Shown piece after piece: positions 1-9,660 of a stretch of 64,000 nucleotides of DNA. The notes under the pieces were generated by a model. That model made no database searches. It saw nothing but the letters and a program-made list of their open reading frames with translations, and was not told the DNA's origin. Source of the stretch: a bacterium (GTDB lineage: Bacteria > Pseudomonadota > Alphaproteobacteria > SP197); NCBI GenBank assembly GCA_028821455.1, contig JAPPGE010000088.1:26857-90856 (forward strand), in the 5' to 3' direction. Both the position numbers and the translations under genes were made by a program. Each line of letters starts with the position of its first letter. Position 1 is the first letter of the stretch.

Positions 1-671
1 ATGCACCGGTCAAGGGCATGCGCATCGCCCTTTCCATCGACCTGGGGTACTGCGAGGTCGATGAGGACGTGCGCAGAAGCACCCTCGATGCGGCCGCCAA
101 GCTGAAGGAGGCGGGCGCCATCGTCGATGAGGTGGAGATCGGCTGGTCGTGGGACGTGCTGACAGCCGCGATGAACTATCTGGGCCACCTCTTCGGCAAC
201 TCCATCGCCCCTGCCCTGCGCCGACATCGCCATGAACTGATGCCCTACACCGTCGCCTTTGCCGATTTCGGCGCAGGCACCACGGGCGAGGACTTCCTCG
301 ATGCCCAGAAACTCGCCGGAGAGATGTACGATGTCCTGGGCCCGCTGCTGTCACGCTATGACGCACTGGTATGCCCGACGAATGCACTGGCTTCGGTTCC
401 GGCGGAGTTCGACTCCACGAAAGAGGATCTCGCCATCAACGGCGTTGCCGTCGATCCCATGCTGGGCTGGGTCATGACCTATCCGTTCAACATCATGTCG
501 CGCTGTCCCGTTCTCACCGTTCCGTCCGGCCTCGACCGCAATCATGTGCCGACCGGCCTGCAGATTGTCGGCCGCACGTATGACGATCCGACTGTCTTTC
601 GCATCGGTCATGCTGTCGAGGCAGCCGATCCCTGGTACACCAACCCGGCGCGCCGTCCGGATGTCGGCTAG
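1..671 (+). CDS. amidase (amidase-signature family), C-terminal fragment; 5' end lies outside the window
   Basis: Frame of ORF 18..671 is open to the window start. The C-terminal ~220 aa resemble AS-family amidases. Stop TAG at 669-671. Confidence 0.7.
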   Translation, partial: APVKGMRIALSIDLGYCEVDEDVRRSTLDAAAKLKEAGAIVDEVEIGWSWDVLTAAMNYLGHLFGNSIAPALRRHRHELMPYTVAFADFGAGTTGEDFLDAQKLAGEMYDVLGPLLSRYDALVCPTNALASVPAEFDSTKEDLAINGVAVDPMLGWVMTYPFNIMSRCPVLTVPSGLDRNHVPTGLQIVGRTYDDPTVFRIGHAVEAADPWYTNPARRPDVG

Positions 672-1323
672 GTCGTGGTCCCGGAGGGCATGCGCCGCCC
701 TCCTCATCCTCGTGCTGGCGCCGGCCGGCGCCCAGGCCCTTACCGGAGAGGCGACGGTGGTGGATGGCGATACCATTCTGATCGGCGCGGAACGCATCCG
801 CATCTTCGGGATCGATGCGCCCGAAAGCAATCAGGACTGTGGAGACGGCTGGCCCTGCGGCAGGGAAGCAACCAGCGCCGTGGAGGACATGACCCGGGGC
901 AAATCCGTCCGTTGCGAGGGCGACACCCGCGATTTCTATGGCAGGCTGATTGCAGTCTGCTACGCCGGCTCGGTGGACATCGGCGGTGATCTCGTGCGCC
1001 GGGGTCTTGCTCTCGCCTACCGCAAGTATTCCATGGCCTACGTGGAGCACGAGGATGAAGCAAGACAGCATGGCCGCGGCATGTGGTCAGGCGCGTTCGT
1101 CGCTCCCTGGGACTGGCGACGGGGTGTGACCCTGCCAGCAGAAGAACCCGAAACCGCGGATGTCTCGTCCGAAGGCGACATGCTGGCCCTCTACGACGAC
1201 AACGGCAACGGATCGATATCCTGCAGCGAAGCGCGCCATCACGGCATTGCACCTGTCAAGGCAGAGCATCCGGCCTACCAATTCATGCGAGATGGTGACG
1301 GCGACGGCGTCGTCTGCGAATAA
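661..1323 (+). CDS. secreted thermonuclease (staphylococcal-nuclease-like) with C-terminal Excalibur-type Ca-binding motif
   Basis: Internal ATG at 661 within track ORF 544..1323 gives signal peptide MSARSWSRRACAALLILVLAPAGAQA. SNase-like core (DGDT...RIFGIDAPE...GRLIAVCY). C-terminal DGDGDGVVCE motif. The start overlaps the amidase stop. Confidence 0.7.
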   Translation: MSARSWSRRACAALLILVLAPAGAQALTGEATVVDGDTILIGAERIRIFGIDAPESNQDCGDGWPCGREATSAVEDMTRGKSVRCEGDTRDFYGRLIAVCYAGSVDIGGDLVRRGLALAYRKYSMAYVEHEDEARQHGRGMWSGAFVAPWDWRRGVTLPAEEPETADVSSEGDMLALYDDNGNGSISCSEARHHGIAPVKAEHPAYQFMRDGDGDGVVCE

Positions 1324-1349
1324 CCGCCGACCTCATCGCCCCATACGTG

Positions 1350-2465
1350 TCAACCGGCCGGCACAGCGGCGGCCAGAGCCGCTGCCTTTGCAATGACGGC
1401 GTCCTGGTGGGGATAGAGTTGATGGCCACCGGCAGTGTCGACGTACTGGGCGAAGGGATCCTCGATCGTCGACGAGGTCCCTGACAGCTCCTCCATCACC
1501 GTCAGGCCGCAGTAGGGAACATAGGCCGCCGAGTACCCTCCCTCGTGACTTGCCACCAACGTGCCGCCTGTGAGTTCGTCGGCAAGGTCCAGCATGATTG
1601 AAGTCAACTGCCGGTAGGTGGAGCTCGTCACCATCATGCGTCCGAGGGGATCGTAGATCGAACCGTCGAAACCCGATGCAACGATGATGAGTTGCGGCCG
1701 GAAACGCCGCAGCGCCGGCGCCACGACACGCTCGAAGACACCGATGTAGGCATCCCGCCCCGATCCTGGCGGCAGCGGCACATTGATGGTCGCTCCCTTT
1801 CCCGCACCCTCGCCGATCTCGTCAATGTGTCCGGAATCGGCCGGATACCAGTTGTCCTGGTGGATCGAGATGGCGAGCACATCGCGGTCTTCCCAGAAGA
1901 TCCGCTGGGTGCCGTTGCCGTGGTGCACATCCCAGTCGACGACGGCGCAGCGCTCGACTCCGTGATGGTGACGCGCATGCTCGATGGCCACGCCGACATT
2001 GCCAAAGATACAGAAACCACGCCCGATGTCGGGTTCGGCATGGTGACCGGGAGGCCGCACGAGGGCGTAGCCATTGTCGATGTTACCACGCAAGGCGGCG
2101 TCCACCATGGCGATCGTGCCCCCTGCCGAGAGACAGGCGATCTCGTAGCTGCCGTGACCGAACGGGGTTGCTTCCCCGGCGTCACCGCCCTGTCCTGCCG
2201 ACATTTCCCTGATCCTCTCGACATAATCGCGGGTATGCACCCTGAGGATGTCCTCTTCGCTCGCCATCACCGGGCGCACGTCGACAAGACCGTCGAGAAT
2301 GCCGGCCACGTCCATGAGATTTCTCATGCGTCGTTTGGTCTCGGCGTTTTCTCCGTGCTCACCAGGCTGCACCGTCAACCCGGGCCGGTGCCACAGGGCG
2401 GCATGTCCCGTGTCATGCCACATGTAGAGTTCGTGAAACAGGAAACCCGTCTTTCGGTTCATCAA
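1350..2465 (-). CDS. histone-deacetylase-family amidohydrolase (AcuC / acetylpolyamine amidohydrolase-like)
   Basis: 371-aa ORF with HDAC-family hallmarks (HHGDG-type region DVHHGNGTQ, catalytic His/Asp pattern, YxxGGG-like tail). Confidence 0.8.
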   Translation of the reverse strand: MMNRKTGFLFHELYMWHDTGHAALWHRPGLTVQPGEHGENAETKRRMRNLMDVAGILDGLVDVRPVMASEEDILRVHTRDYVERIREMSAGQGGDAGEATPFGHGSYEIACLSAGGTIAMVDAALRGNIDNGYALVRPPGHHAEPDIGRGFCIFGNVGVAIEHARHHHGVERCAVVDWDVHHGNGTQRIFWEDRDVLAISIHQDNWYPADSGHIDEIGEGAGKGATINVPLPPGSGRDAYIGVFERVVAPALRRFRPQLIIVASGFDGSIYDPLGRMMVTSSTYRQLTSIMLDLADELTGGTLVASHEGGYSAAYVPYCGLTVMEELSGTSSTIEDPFAQYVDTAGGHQLYPHQDAVIAKAAALAAAVPAG

Positions 2466-2489
2466 ATCCTCATCTTTCTAGTCGTTGGC

Positions 2490-3530
2490 TCAAAGCCAGG
2501 GGAGAAGACAATCTCCACAGGCAGGGCGCGAGAGAAAGGCCTCGCCCATGGCGCACGTGTCGGCGGCGTAGCCCTCCTTGTTGTCAACTGCAAGCTCGGT
2601 CTCGGCGTGGCTGCCGAACCAGGCGAGAATGGCGAAGCGGCGCATCATCACCAGCGACGAAATGATGGCCAGATCGTCCGTATCAAGGGCGCCGACGGAC
2701 CTGTATCCGGCCAACCAGGCGGCCACCAGGTCGCCGGTGGTATCGAGATTGTCGATCAGCGTCAGGGCCGATGCGAGGTCATAGAGAAACCACGAAAGAC
2801 CACAGTCGTCGAAGTCGATAACGCGCGTCTCGTCGCCGACCAGCAACAGGTTTCCGAGGCGAAGATCACAGTGCGCCAGACCGAAACGTCCGGGCGTCAT
2901 GCCGTAGATCTCCAGGCGCTTGAGAATCTCGGTTTCCACGCCTTCGAGGAACAACTGCTGATGCACGTCATCCAGCGGGCCGTCGCGCCAGTCGCCCCAG
3001 TTCGCATGAGGACCAAAGACACCGGCCGCGTCCCAGTTCAAACGCTCGAAGAAATCCGGACGCCGCCACGCCATGGCATGGAGGTGGAGTCTGGCGCTCA
3101 CATCGCCAAGGCGCCGGAAGGGTTCCTCGAGATCGACGTCCATCGATGGTTCCACGCCATCGATGAACTCGAAGAGCACCATGTTTCGGGGACTTGCCAG
3201 ACCGGAAACGCGGCCGGTCTGGATCTCGTCTCCGTCCACGCCCACGATCGCCTGGGGAGTGATGAGCCCGATGTCGTTCTGGAGAGCGTGCAGCCAGACG
3301 AGTTCGGTCCTGATACCGTCCCTCGAGTGGTAGCCGTCGCGATGAATTCGCAGGATCCAGCGTTCTCCCGAGGGGCCATCGAGCCGCCAAGTCACGTTTT
3401 CCGAGACATTGACCAGTGTCACCGAGATCGGAGAGGGAAGGTCCCATCGCTCAAGCGACTGGTGCGCCAGATCACGCAGATACTCCAGCGTGCTGCCGGT
3501 TTCGTTCCATGCCGTGACACCGGCCATCAA
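2490..3530 (-). CDS. aminoglycoside/homoserine-kinase-type phosphotransferase (APH family)
   Basis: Brenner motif LAHCDLRLGNLLL and DFDD(C) Mg-binding motif. TTG/ATG tandem start. 24-nt gap to the HDAC-like gene on the same strand. Confidence 0.75.
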   Translation of the reverse strand: MMAGVTAWNETGSTLEYLRDLAHQSLERWDLPSPISVTLVNVSENVTWRLDGPSGERWILRIHRDGYHSRDGIRTELVWLHALQNDIGLITPQAIVGVDGDEIQTGRVSGLASPRNMVLFEFIDGVEPSMDVDLEEPFRRLGDVSARLHLHAMAWRRPDFFERLNWDAAGVFGPHANWGDWRDGPLDDVHQQLFLEGVETEILKRLEIYGMTPGRFGLAHCDLRLGNLLLVGDETRVIDFDDCGLSWFLYDLASALTLIDNLDTTGDLVAAWLAGYRSVGALDTDDLAIISSLVMMRRFAILAWFGSHAETELAVDNKEGYAADTCAMGEAFLSRPACGDCLLPWL

Positions 3531-3623
3531 CCCGCCTCAGTCAATCTGCTTACCATTTGCTCACTGGTGAAACTGGCGATCTCGATGGATCGCAGGAAGT
3601 ACAATCCAACCGCTGGAAAATAC

Positions 3624-3710
3624 TGGTGCGGACGAGGGGAGTCGAACCCCTACTCCATGTCTGGAAGCGGATTTTAAGTCCGCTGCGTCTACCCATTCCG
3701 CCACGTCCGC
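3624..3710 (-). tRNA. tRNA-Leu (anticodon UAA), type II with long variable arm, CCA encoded
   Basis: Reverse complement reads GCGGACG..GGACTTAAAATCC..long variable arm..GGTTCGACTCC..CGTCCGCACCA. Cloverleaf folds by eye; anticodon loop is CTTAAAA. Confidence 0.85.
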
Positions 3711-3755
3711 CCATGCGATACCCGCTACATGACCCGCCGCCCCGGTGCAAGGTCG

Positions 3756-4958
3756 TCACCCGAGCGCGCCGTTCGGAAGGATGAGGTTGGCATCATCCAT
3801 GCGTCCAAGTCGTTCGCACAACTGGCGATAGCTGTTGTGAAATTCCTCCCTGTCAACCGAACACTGCGCGATGCGCCTCGGCCCCGACCCCGGGTCGAAC
3901 TCGGTCCGGGCATGGAGAATCCTGTGGTTGTCGAAGACATGGCACTCACCCGGTTGAAGCTTGTGCCGGTAGACAAGGTCAGCGCGATAGATTTCCCGCG
4001 CGAAGGCGCCCAGCGCCTTGTAGGCGGGTTCGATCATCACTTCATCGAGGTCCTGGACGCCCAGGGTGCGATCCGAAAAGCGGATGCCGACCACCTCACC
4101 GTCCTGATCGGTGACAATCATGCGACCACGGGCAACATAGCGTTCCTGGGGGTTGCGCTCGGCGCAGAACCGGAAGGGCTGGCGGGTAAGGAAATCAAAG
4201 GCGTCGGCGTCCCTGGCAGCAAGGCGGCGGGCAGCGAGGAGACCATCGACGAGAATGGACTCGCCGCCCTCTCCCGGTGTCGACTCCAGGCCAAGGTGGA
4301 AACTGATGCCTGGTGGAGCATAGCGCCAACCTTCGTCGGTATGGGGTGCGAGGCGCACCCACCCGCCGGCTCCAAGATTGGTATAGCGGCCCTTCTTCGA
4401 GGGTGGCCGGGTTTCGATCATCGCAAGGGGACCAAAGTCCGTATTGCGCAGCACGCCCAGCCTTTCTGCCAGACGCGCCACCTCGTCATCTCCGGCAGGC
4501 GCTCCGCGCACGCGGGCGAAACCGTAATCGCGCAAGCGCACTTCGAAGGCAAGGAGGGCTTCGTCATCCACGAGGAGCGTTTCCCAGTCCAGCCAGGGAA
4601 ACGCCGCTGCCTCGCTCCCCGTCCAGGTCTGTTGGCGCACCTTGCGTCCCAGGCGCGACGGTCCGTCGTAGGCATTGCGCCGCAGCCAGGCGAGGTCATG
4701 ACGGGTGACGACACCGTCGTCCGCCCACTGGACGACAAGCTCGCCGTTCTCGATGACCGATGAGACAACATCAAGGGAGGCCGGATCATCCGGCAGACGA
4801 AAGGCGTCGTCGGACGCCTGGTCTGACCGGCCGATGGCCGGATGAAAGTGCTGCTGACGCAACCACACGAAGTGATAGTGATTGCGTTCACCATCGGCCC
4901 AGTTGAGGACGATGCGGCGGTCGGGCAGGATGTCGAGCGAGTTCACTGATTGGCTCAT
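3756..4958 (-). CDS. gamma-butyrobetaine hydroxylase-like Fe(II)/2-oxoglutarate dioxygenase (TauD/TfdA superfamily with N-terminal DUF971-like domain)
   Basis: Internal ATG (MSQSVNSL) preceded by GGAGAA RBS. HTDEG facial-triad region and C-terminal TauD-like HxxxxxR-type region. N-terminal domain typical of BBOX/TMLH. Confidence 0.7.
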   Translation of the reverse strand: MSQSVNSLDILPDRRIVLNWADGERNHYHFVWLRQQHFHPAIGRSDQASDDAFRLPDDPASLDVVSSVIENGELVVQWADDGVVTRHDLAWLRRNAYDGPSRLGRKVRQQTWTGSEAAAFPWLDWETLLVDDEALLAFEVRLRDYGFARVRGAPAGDDEVARLAERLGVLRNTDFGPLAMIETRPPSKKGRYTNLGAGGWVRLAPHTDEGWRYAPPGISFHLGLESTPGEGGESILVDGLLAARRLAARDADAFDFLTRQPFRFCAERNPQERYVARGRMIVTDQDGEVVGIRFSDRTLGVQDLDEVMIEPAYKALGAFAREIYRADLVYRHKLQPGECHVFDNHRILHARTEFDPGSGPRRIAQCSVDREEFHNSYRQLCERLGRMDDANLILPNGALG

Positions 4959-5011
4959 CAGGGTTCTCCGGTCTCGCGGACCCTTCGGAGATGGCAGGCT
5001 ATGAGGGCCGC

Positions 5012-5482
5012 ATGATGACTTCAAGGATCCTCCTCATCATCGGTCACGTTCCCTCACCCAATACGCAGCGTCTGCGTGATGCGGTGTTGGAAGGCGCCCT
5101 GTCGATCGATGCAGAAACGGTCGCCGTGGATGCCCGGTCACCCTTCGAGACCATGCCGGACGACGTCAAGGCTGCCGCCGCCCTGGTACTCGGCACGACA
5201 GAAAATCTGGGTTACATGTCCGGCGCGCTGAAGGATTTCTTTGATCGTTGCTACTACCCATGCCTCGAGGAAACCCGCGCAAAGCCCTACGCGCTCTACA
5301 TCCGCGCCGGCCTCGACGGCACGGGAACCAGGCGTGCCGTGGAGAGCATCGCCGGTGGCCTGGGTTGGCGCGCCGTCAGCGAACCCCTTCTGCTGAAGGG
5401 TGAATGGCAGGATGGCTTTGCCGGAGAGGCCCACGAACTCGGCATGCTCATGGCCGCCGGCCTCGATGCCGGCGTCTTCTGA
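5012..5482 (+). CDS. flavodoxin-fold NAD(P)H-dependent FMN reductase-like protein
   Basis: N-terminal ILLIIGHVPSPNTQRL pattern typical of the NADPH-dependent FMN reductase family. GAGGG RBS 5 nt upstream of ATG 5012. Confidence 0.6.
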   Translation: MMTSRILLIIGHVPSPNTQRLRDAVLEGALSIDAETVAVDARSPFETMPDDVKAAAALVLGTTENLGYMSGALKDFFDRCYYPCLEETRAKPYALYIRAGLDGTGTRRAVESIAGGLGWRAVSEPLLLKGEWQDGFAGEAHELGMLMAAGLDAGVF

Positions 5483-5494
5483 AGGAGCACTCGC

Positions 5495-6643
5495 ATGCGC
5501 AACCCGCAACTCGAAGTCGGCCAAGACAATCTCGCCTGGTGGAACCGGGCGGAGAACCGCCGCCATGGCTTCCACAACATCCACAGGCTGAACCGGCGTG
5601 GCCTCGCCCTTCGTTCCGGCCATGTCCTGCCGCTTCGGGACCGCCACGACCCGGCGATCGCCGAAAGGAGCGACGTTGCCCGGCTGACGGCCCTGCCGTC
5701 CTTCAGCGCCATGGTGATGGCGCAAGGCAGGGACGTCCTCTTCGAAGCCCACGCGGCCGATTGCGGCCCCGATACCCTGCATTCGATGCAGTCGATCACC
5801 AAGACCCACCTCAACCTCGTGTTCGGCCGTCTCGTCGCCTCCGGCAAAGTTGATCCCGGTCAAACGGTGGAAACGTGGATTCCCGAAATCGGCAGCGGAT
5901 ACCGCGGCGTGACGTTGCAGCAGGTTCTCGACATGAACGTGCCGCTCGCCTTCGACGAGGACTATGCGGCGCCGTGGGATCCACCTCCGGGGCCCGGGGA
6001 ACGGCGTGGATACGGCCAGGAGGAGGTGGCCATGGGATGGCGCCTACCACCGCCGGGCGGGCGAGAATTCGGTGTCAGGGAGTTCGCCCTCACCCTCGAG
6101 AAGGACATGGATGACGTCCCCGGCAATCGTGCCCGCTACGCCTCTCCGAACACGGACCTGGCGGGATGGATTGCCGAGCGCGCCAGCGGCTCCGATCTCT
6201 TCGAACTCATCTCCACGAACATCGAGGGCGCCGGTCTGGAAGGGGTGTTCTTCGTCTCCCTCGACTGCACCTTTGTTCCGGTGTTGAGTGGAGGGGGCGC
6301 CATGACGGCGCGGGACATGGCGAGATACGGACTGCTGTTCGCCCGCGGTGGCACCGGTGTCATGGGGAAATCTGCCGGAGATGCCGAATTCATCGAGCAA
6401 ACGCGCACCAGGAAAGGGGCCCCCTTCGAAGGGTCATGGCCCGGGCTTTCCTACAGCAATCACATGTTTACCGATGGCACCTGGATCGGCCATGGCGGTT
6501 ACGCCGGGCAGTTCCTCATGATACGGCCCGACAAGGAAGCCGCCGCCGCCTGGTTCAGCGTCGTCGACAGTGTCTACGGTGACGCCGACGACCACATGGC
6601 CCATGTCATCGTCATGCTCTCCGACGTGCTGGAGAACCTGTAG
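5495..6643 (+). CDS. serine hydrolase of the beta-lactamase/transpeptidase-like family
   Basis: SxxK motif (SITK) about 100 aa from the N-terminus. Size and overall pattern fit class-C-like esterases/beta-lactamases. Confidence 0.7.
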   Translation: MRNPQLEVGQDNLAWWNRAENRRHGFHNIHRLNRRGLALRSGHVLPLRDRHDPAIAERSDVARLTALPSFSAMVMAQGRDVLFEAHAADCGPDTLHSMQSITKTHLNLVFGRLVASGKVDPGQTVETWIPEIGSGYRGVTLQQVLDMNVPLAFDEDYAAPWDPPPGPGERRGYGQEEVAMGWRLPPPGGREFGVREFALTLEKDMDDVPGNRARYASPNTDLAGWIAERASGSDLFELISTNIEGAGLEGVFFVSLDCTFVPVLSGGGAMTARDMARYGLLFARGGTGVMGKSAGDAEFIEQTRTRKGAPFEGSWPGLSYSNHMFTDGTWIGHGGYAGQFLMIRPDKEAAAAWFSVVDSVYGDADDHMAHVIVMLSDVLENL

Positions 6644-6686
6644 GCATCCGGGCCGACGATGACGGCCGCTTCCTCTTGCGAACGGA

Positions 6687-7931
6687 TCAGTCCCCGTTCG
6701 AGCGGATTGTGCGGGGAAGGCGCGAGAGCAGTTCCGGACCGTCGTCGGTGACGAGAAGAGTCTCGATGAAATTGCAGCCCGTACCGCCCGGCCATCCTTC
6801 CCAGATATCGAACTGATTCTCGTAGTTGAACACCAGACCGGGCTTGACCGTAAGCTGTTCAGCAGTCGGGCCGAAGACCTCCTCATTCCAGTGTATCCAG
6901 TACGCTCCCGTCCAGTCGGGCGGAAACGAAATGCCCAGTGGGTAGCCTCCGATCCACCATGCGTGGTCCTGCAAGCCCACCTTGCGGATGTGCTCGTTGG
7001 CGATCTCGTCGACGCGAGGTAACGGATCACCGAGCTGCACATTCTCGATGATGGCGTCGATCGAGCCCGAGGCCCTTTCCATAACGTCCAGCCATCGGCT
7101 GTCGGCCTTGCCGACCGAGAATGTACGGCACATATTGATGTGGTAGCGGTGAAGCGATCCACAGACGTCGATGTGCACCAGATCGCCATCCTTGACCTTG
7201 CGTTGGATCGGTGGCGAGTGATGGGTGCCCGAGCGAACACCCGATGCAACCATGGTATGGATCGCCGGATAGTTGCAGCCCTGTTCCATCAGGCTTGCGA
7301 CCAGAACGGCTTCGATCGCAGTCTCCGTCATGCCTGGCTTCATGGCGGTGCGTGCCGCCTCGAGCGCGTTGTCGGTCGCAGCTGCCGCCTGCCGCATGAC
7401 CTCCACCTCGCGCGGCGACTTGTAGACACGCTGCGTCTCGACCAGCAACGAGGCATCGACGACTTCTGCTCCCTTGCCTCGCAGCTTTCCGGCAAGCGCT
7501 TCGATGACCGAAGAAACGGGGCCCCAACCCCAGAACTGAAGGCCGATCGTACCACCCGTCAATCCCCGGGCGGCGAGTTCGTCCGCGATGACGTCGAAGT
7601 CGCCGGCGCTGGCCATCGGATCGTGATCAAAGATCACGGCGTCGCGAATCTCAGGCAGCAGCGAAAGGATGGTGGTATGGGCTGCCGTATCGAAGAACAG
7701 GGTGTCGTCGCTGTCCGCCCGCACTACCAGCGTCAGTGAATTGCGCAGATGGTTGTGGATCATGTCGTAGCCTGTCAGCCAGTTGATGTCCGGAAGCCGG
7801 CAAAGCAGGAGAAGATCGACACCGGCATCCGACATCGCGCTGCGCACCTTCTTGCGGCGCTCGGCGTACTCTTCGGGCGGAAACGGCAGTTCCCAATCGA
7901 TCTGTTCACGCAGGTGTGTCTTCAGTTCCAT
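6687..7931 (-). CDS. M24-family metallopeptidase (Xaa-Pro aminopeptidase / creatinase-like)
   Basis: N-terminal creatinase/prolidase domain and C-terminal pita-bread metal-ligand pattern (HID..D, H, E..E). Confidence 0.75.
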   Translation of the reverse strand: MELKTHLREQIDWELPFPPEEYAERRKKVRSAMSDAGVDLLLLCRLPDINWLTGYDMIHNHLRNSLTLVVRADSDDTLFFDTAAHTTILSLLPEIRDAVIFDHDPMASAGDFDVIADELAARGLTGGTIGLQFWGWGPVSSVIEALAGKLRGKGAEVVDASLLVETQRVYKSPREVEVMRQAAAATDNALEAARTAMKPGMTETAIEAVLVASLMEQGCNYPAIHTMVASGVRSGTHHSPPIQRKVKDGDLVHIDVCGSLHRYHINMCRTFSVGKADSRWLDVMERASGSIDAIIENVQLGDPLPRVDEIANEHIRKVGLQDHAWWIGGYPLGISFPPDWTGAYWIHWNEEVFGPTAEQLTVKPGLVFNYENQFDIWEGWPGGTGCNFIETLLVTDDGPELLSRLPRTIRSNGD

Positions 7932-8072
7932 GGTGTTCTCCTCAATGAAACATATGCGCTTTCCCGGTCATCATAGGCGCTATCTCCGGTCTGGCGAAAT
8001 CCGAATGCGATCGCTCGCAAGCGGGCATCCAAGCGCGACTCACACACCGCGGTCCGGGCAGGCCGGTGCGTG

Positions 8073-8837
8073 TCAGGAGCTAGCCGCGTCCTCCTCGACA
8101 GGATTTCCTCCCGCCTCTGCCGATGCACGAAAGACACAGTCGAAGGCGGCATCGAGGCGTTCGCGATCGGTCGAGCTCAGCACGATGCTGGTGCCGAAGA
8201 CGCCGCCATCGCGCCAGGGGTAACTCCCCATGTCGACATCGGGAAACTCCTGCTGGAGGGTGCCGAGAGCACCGGCAATGGTTCCCTCCCCGCAATGGAC
8301 CCTGATGGCACGGGACAGGATGCGCGGCCCTCCGCGCAAGCCGGCACTCGCCGCCCGGAACATGGCCCTCGCAATTTCGGGTACTCCGGCCAGCACGAAC
8401 ACATTGCCGATCTGGAAACCCGGCGCCATGCTCACCTCATTGTCGATGAGCCGGGCGCCGTCGGGGATGCGCGCCATGCGCAGGCGGGCCTCATTGGGCT
8501 CGATGCCGCGTTCGCGTGAGTATGCCACGAGCAAGTCGCGGACTTCGGGGTGAATGCTGATTCCGACGCCGAATGCTGCAGCGATACTGTCGGCGGTGAT
8601 GTCATCGTGGGTGGGACCGATGCCGCCGGTGGTGAAGACGTAGGTATGACGGTGACGCAATTCATTGACGGCAGCGACGATCTCCTCTTCCACGTCACCT
8701 ACCACCCTCACCTCCCTCAGGCGGATGCCGAGTCCGGTGAGATTCTCCGCCAGGAAGGCGATGTTGGCATCCCGGGTGCGCCCGGACAGAATCTCGTTGC
8801 CGATGACCACCACGGCTGCGGTGACAGTTTTGCTCAT
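8073..8837 (-). CDS. CinA-like molybdopterin-binding (MoCF biosynthesis) domain protein
   Basis: Internal ATG (MSKTVTAAVVVIGNEILSGRTRDAN) checked on the sequence (cat at 8835-8837). CinA N-terminal domain pattern. Confidence 0.7.
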   Translation of the reverse strand: MSKTVTAAVVVIGNEILSGRTRDANIAFLAENLTGLGIRLREVRVVGDVEEEIVAAVNELRHRHTYVFTTGGIGPTHDDITADSIAAAFGVGISIHPEVRDLLVAYSRERGIEPNEARLRMARIPDGARLIDNEVSMAPGFQIGNVFVLAGVPEIARAMFRAASAGLRGGPRILSRAIRVHCGEGTIAGALGTLQQEFPDVDMGSYPWRDGGVFGTSIVLSSTDRERLDAAFDCVFRASAEAGGNPVEEDAASS

Positions 8838-8997
8838 CAGGGATTCCCCACCAGGCACCGCCCGAAGTCTGGCCCGCAAGGCGGGTGACTTGCAAACACT
8901 CCGCATACAGACCGGACGGACCTCACCGGATGTGTGCGTTTGCGGACAGGCGAAGCACGGCTATATTCGCTCACTTCCGGATCACGCGGAATTCGAC

Positions 8998-9660
8998 ATG
9001 ACCACCGCCACGCAACGAGCGGAATCCCGGGCCGACCCCCACGCCTACCGACTGATACTGCGCTTCGCGCTTCTCAACATCGTTGCCGTCGCGCTTCTCC
9101 TGGCATGCGAGGCCAACGGCCTTGTCAGCCGGGCGATCGATGCCGATTCGACGTCCTTCGTCTTCGTCATCGTGGTCGTGTTCCTGGTCGGCCTTGCCCT
9201 CGCGTTGCAGCGGGTGGTGTGGACCAGCCGCGAACTCAACCAGGCGAGACAGGCGGAACCCGATCAGGGGAGCCGTGCCGCCGCCCATGTCAAGCGAACA
9301 GCTGGCAAGGATGCAGACAGCCGCCAGACTCTGGCCCAGGCGCTGCGTCTTGAACTCTCGCAGAACATCACCATCATCCGCCATCTCGCCTCGAGTCTCG
9401 TGTTTCTGGGCCTCATCGGTACCGTTCTCGGCTTCATCATTGCCCTTTCGGGTGTCGATCCCGATCTTGCCAGTGAGACGGAGAACATCGGTCCCATGGT
9501 CTCGGCCCTCATCGCCGGGATGTCCACGGCACTCGTGACAACCCTCGTGGGCGGCCTTCTCAATATCTGGCTCATGGCCAACTACCAGTTGCTCACCACC
9601 GGGACGGTCCGGCTCATCAACACCATCGTAGAACTGGGCGAAAGCCGTGCAGGCTCTTGA
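8998..9660 (+). CDS. MotA/TolQ/ExbB-family proton-channel protein
   Basis: ATG at 8998 (MTTATQ). Three predicted TM helices with a conserved C-terminal TM pair (LVFLGLIGTVLGFIIAL...STALVTTLVGGLLNI) typical of ExbB/TolQ. The upstream part of track ORF 8665..9660 overlaps cinA and was rejected. Confidence 0.75.
   Translation: MTTATQRAESRADPHAYRLILRFALLNIVAVALLLACEANGLVSRAIDADSTSFVFVIVVVFLVGLALALQRVVWTSRELNQARQAEPDQGSRAAAHVKRTAGKDADSRQTLAQALRLELSQNITIIRHLASSLVFLGLIGTVLGFIIALSGVDPDLASETENIGPMVSALIAGMSTALVTTLVGGLLNIWLMANYQLLTTGTVRLINTIVELGESRAGS

Noticed and set aside
8665-8997. Upstream part of ORF 8665..9660
   Set aside because: Overlaps the cinA-like gene on the opposite strand. The MotA/ExbB-like homology only starts at the ATG at 8998.
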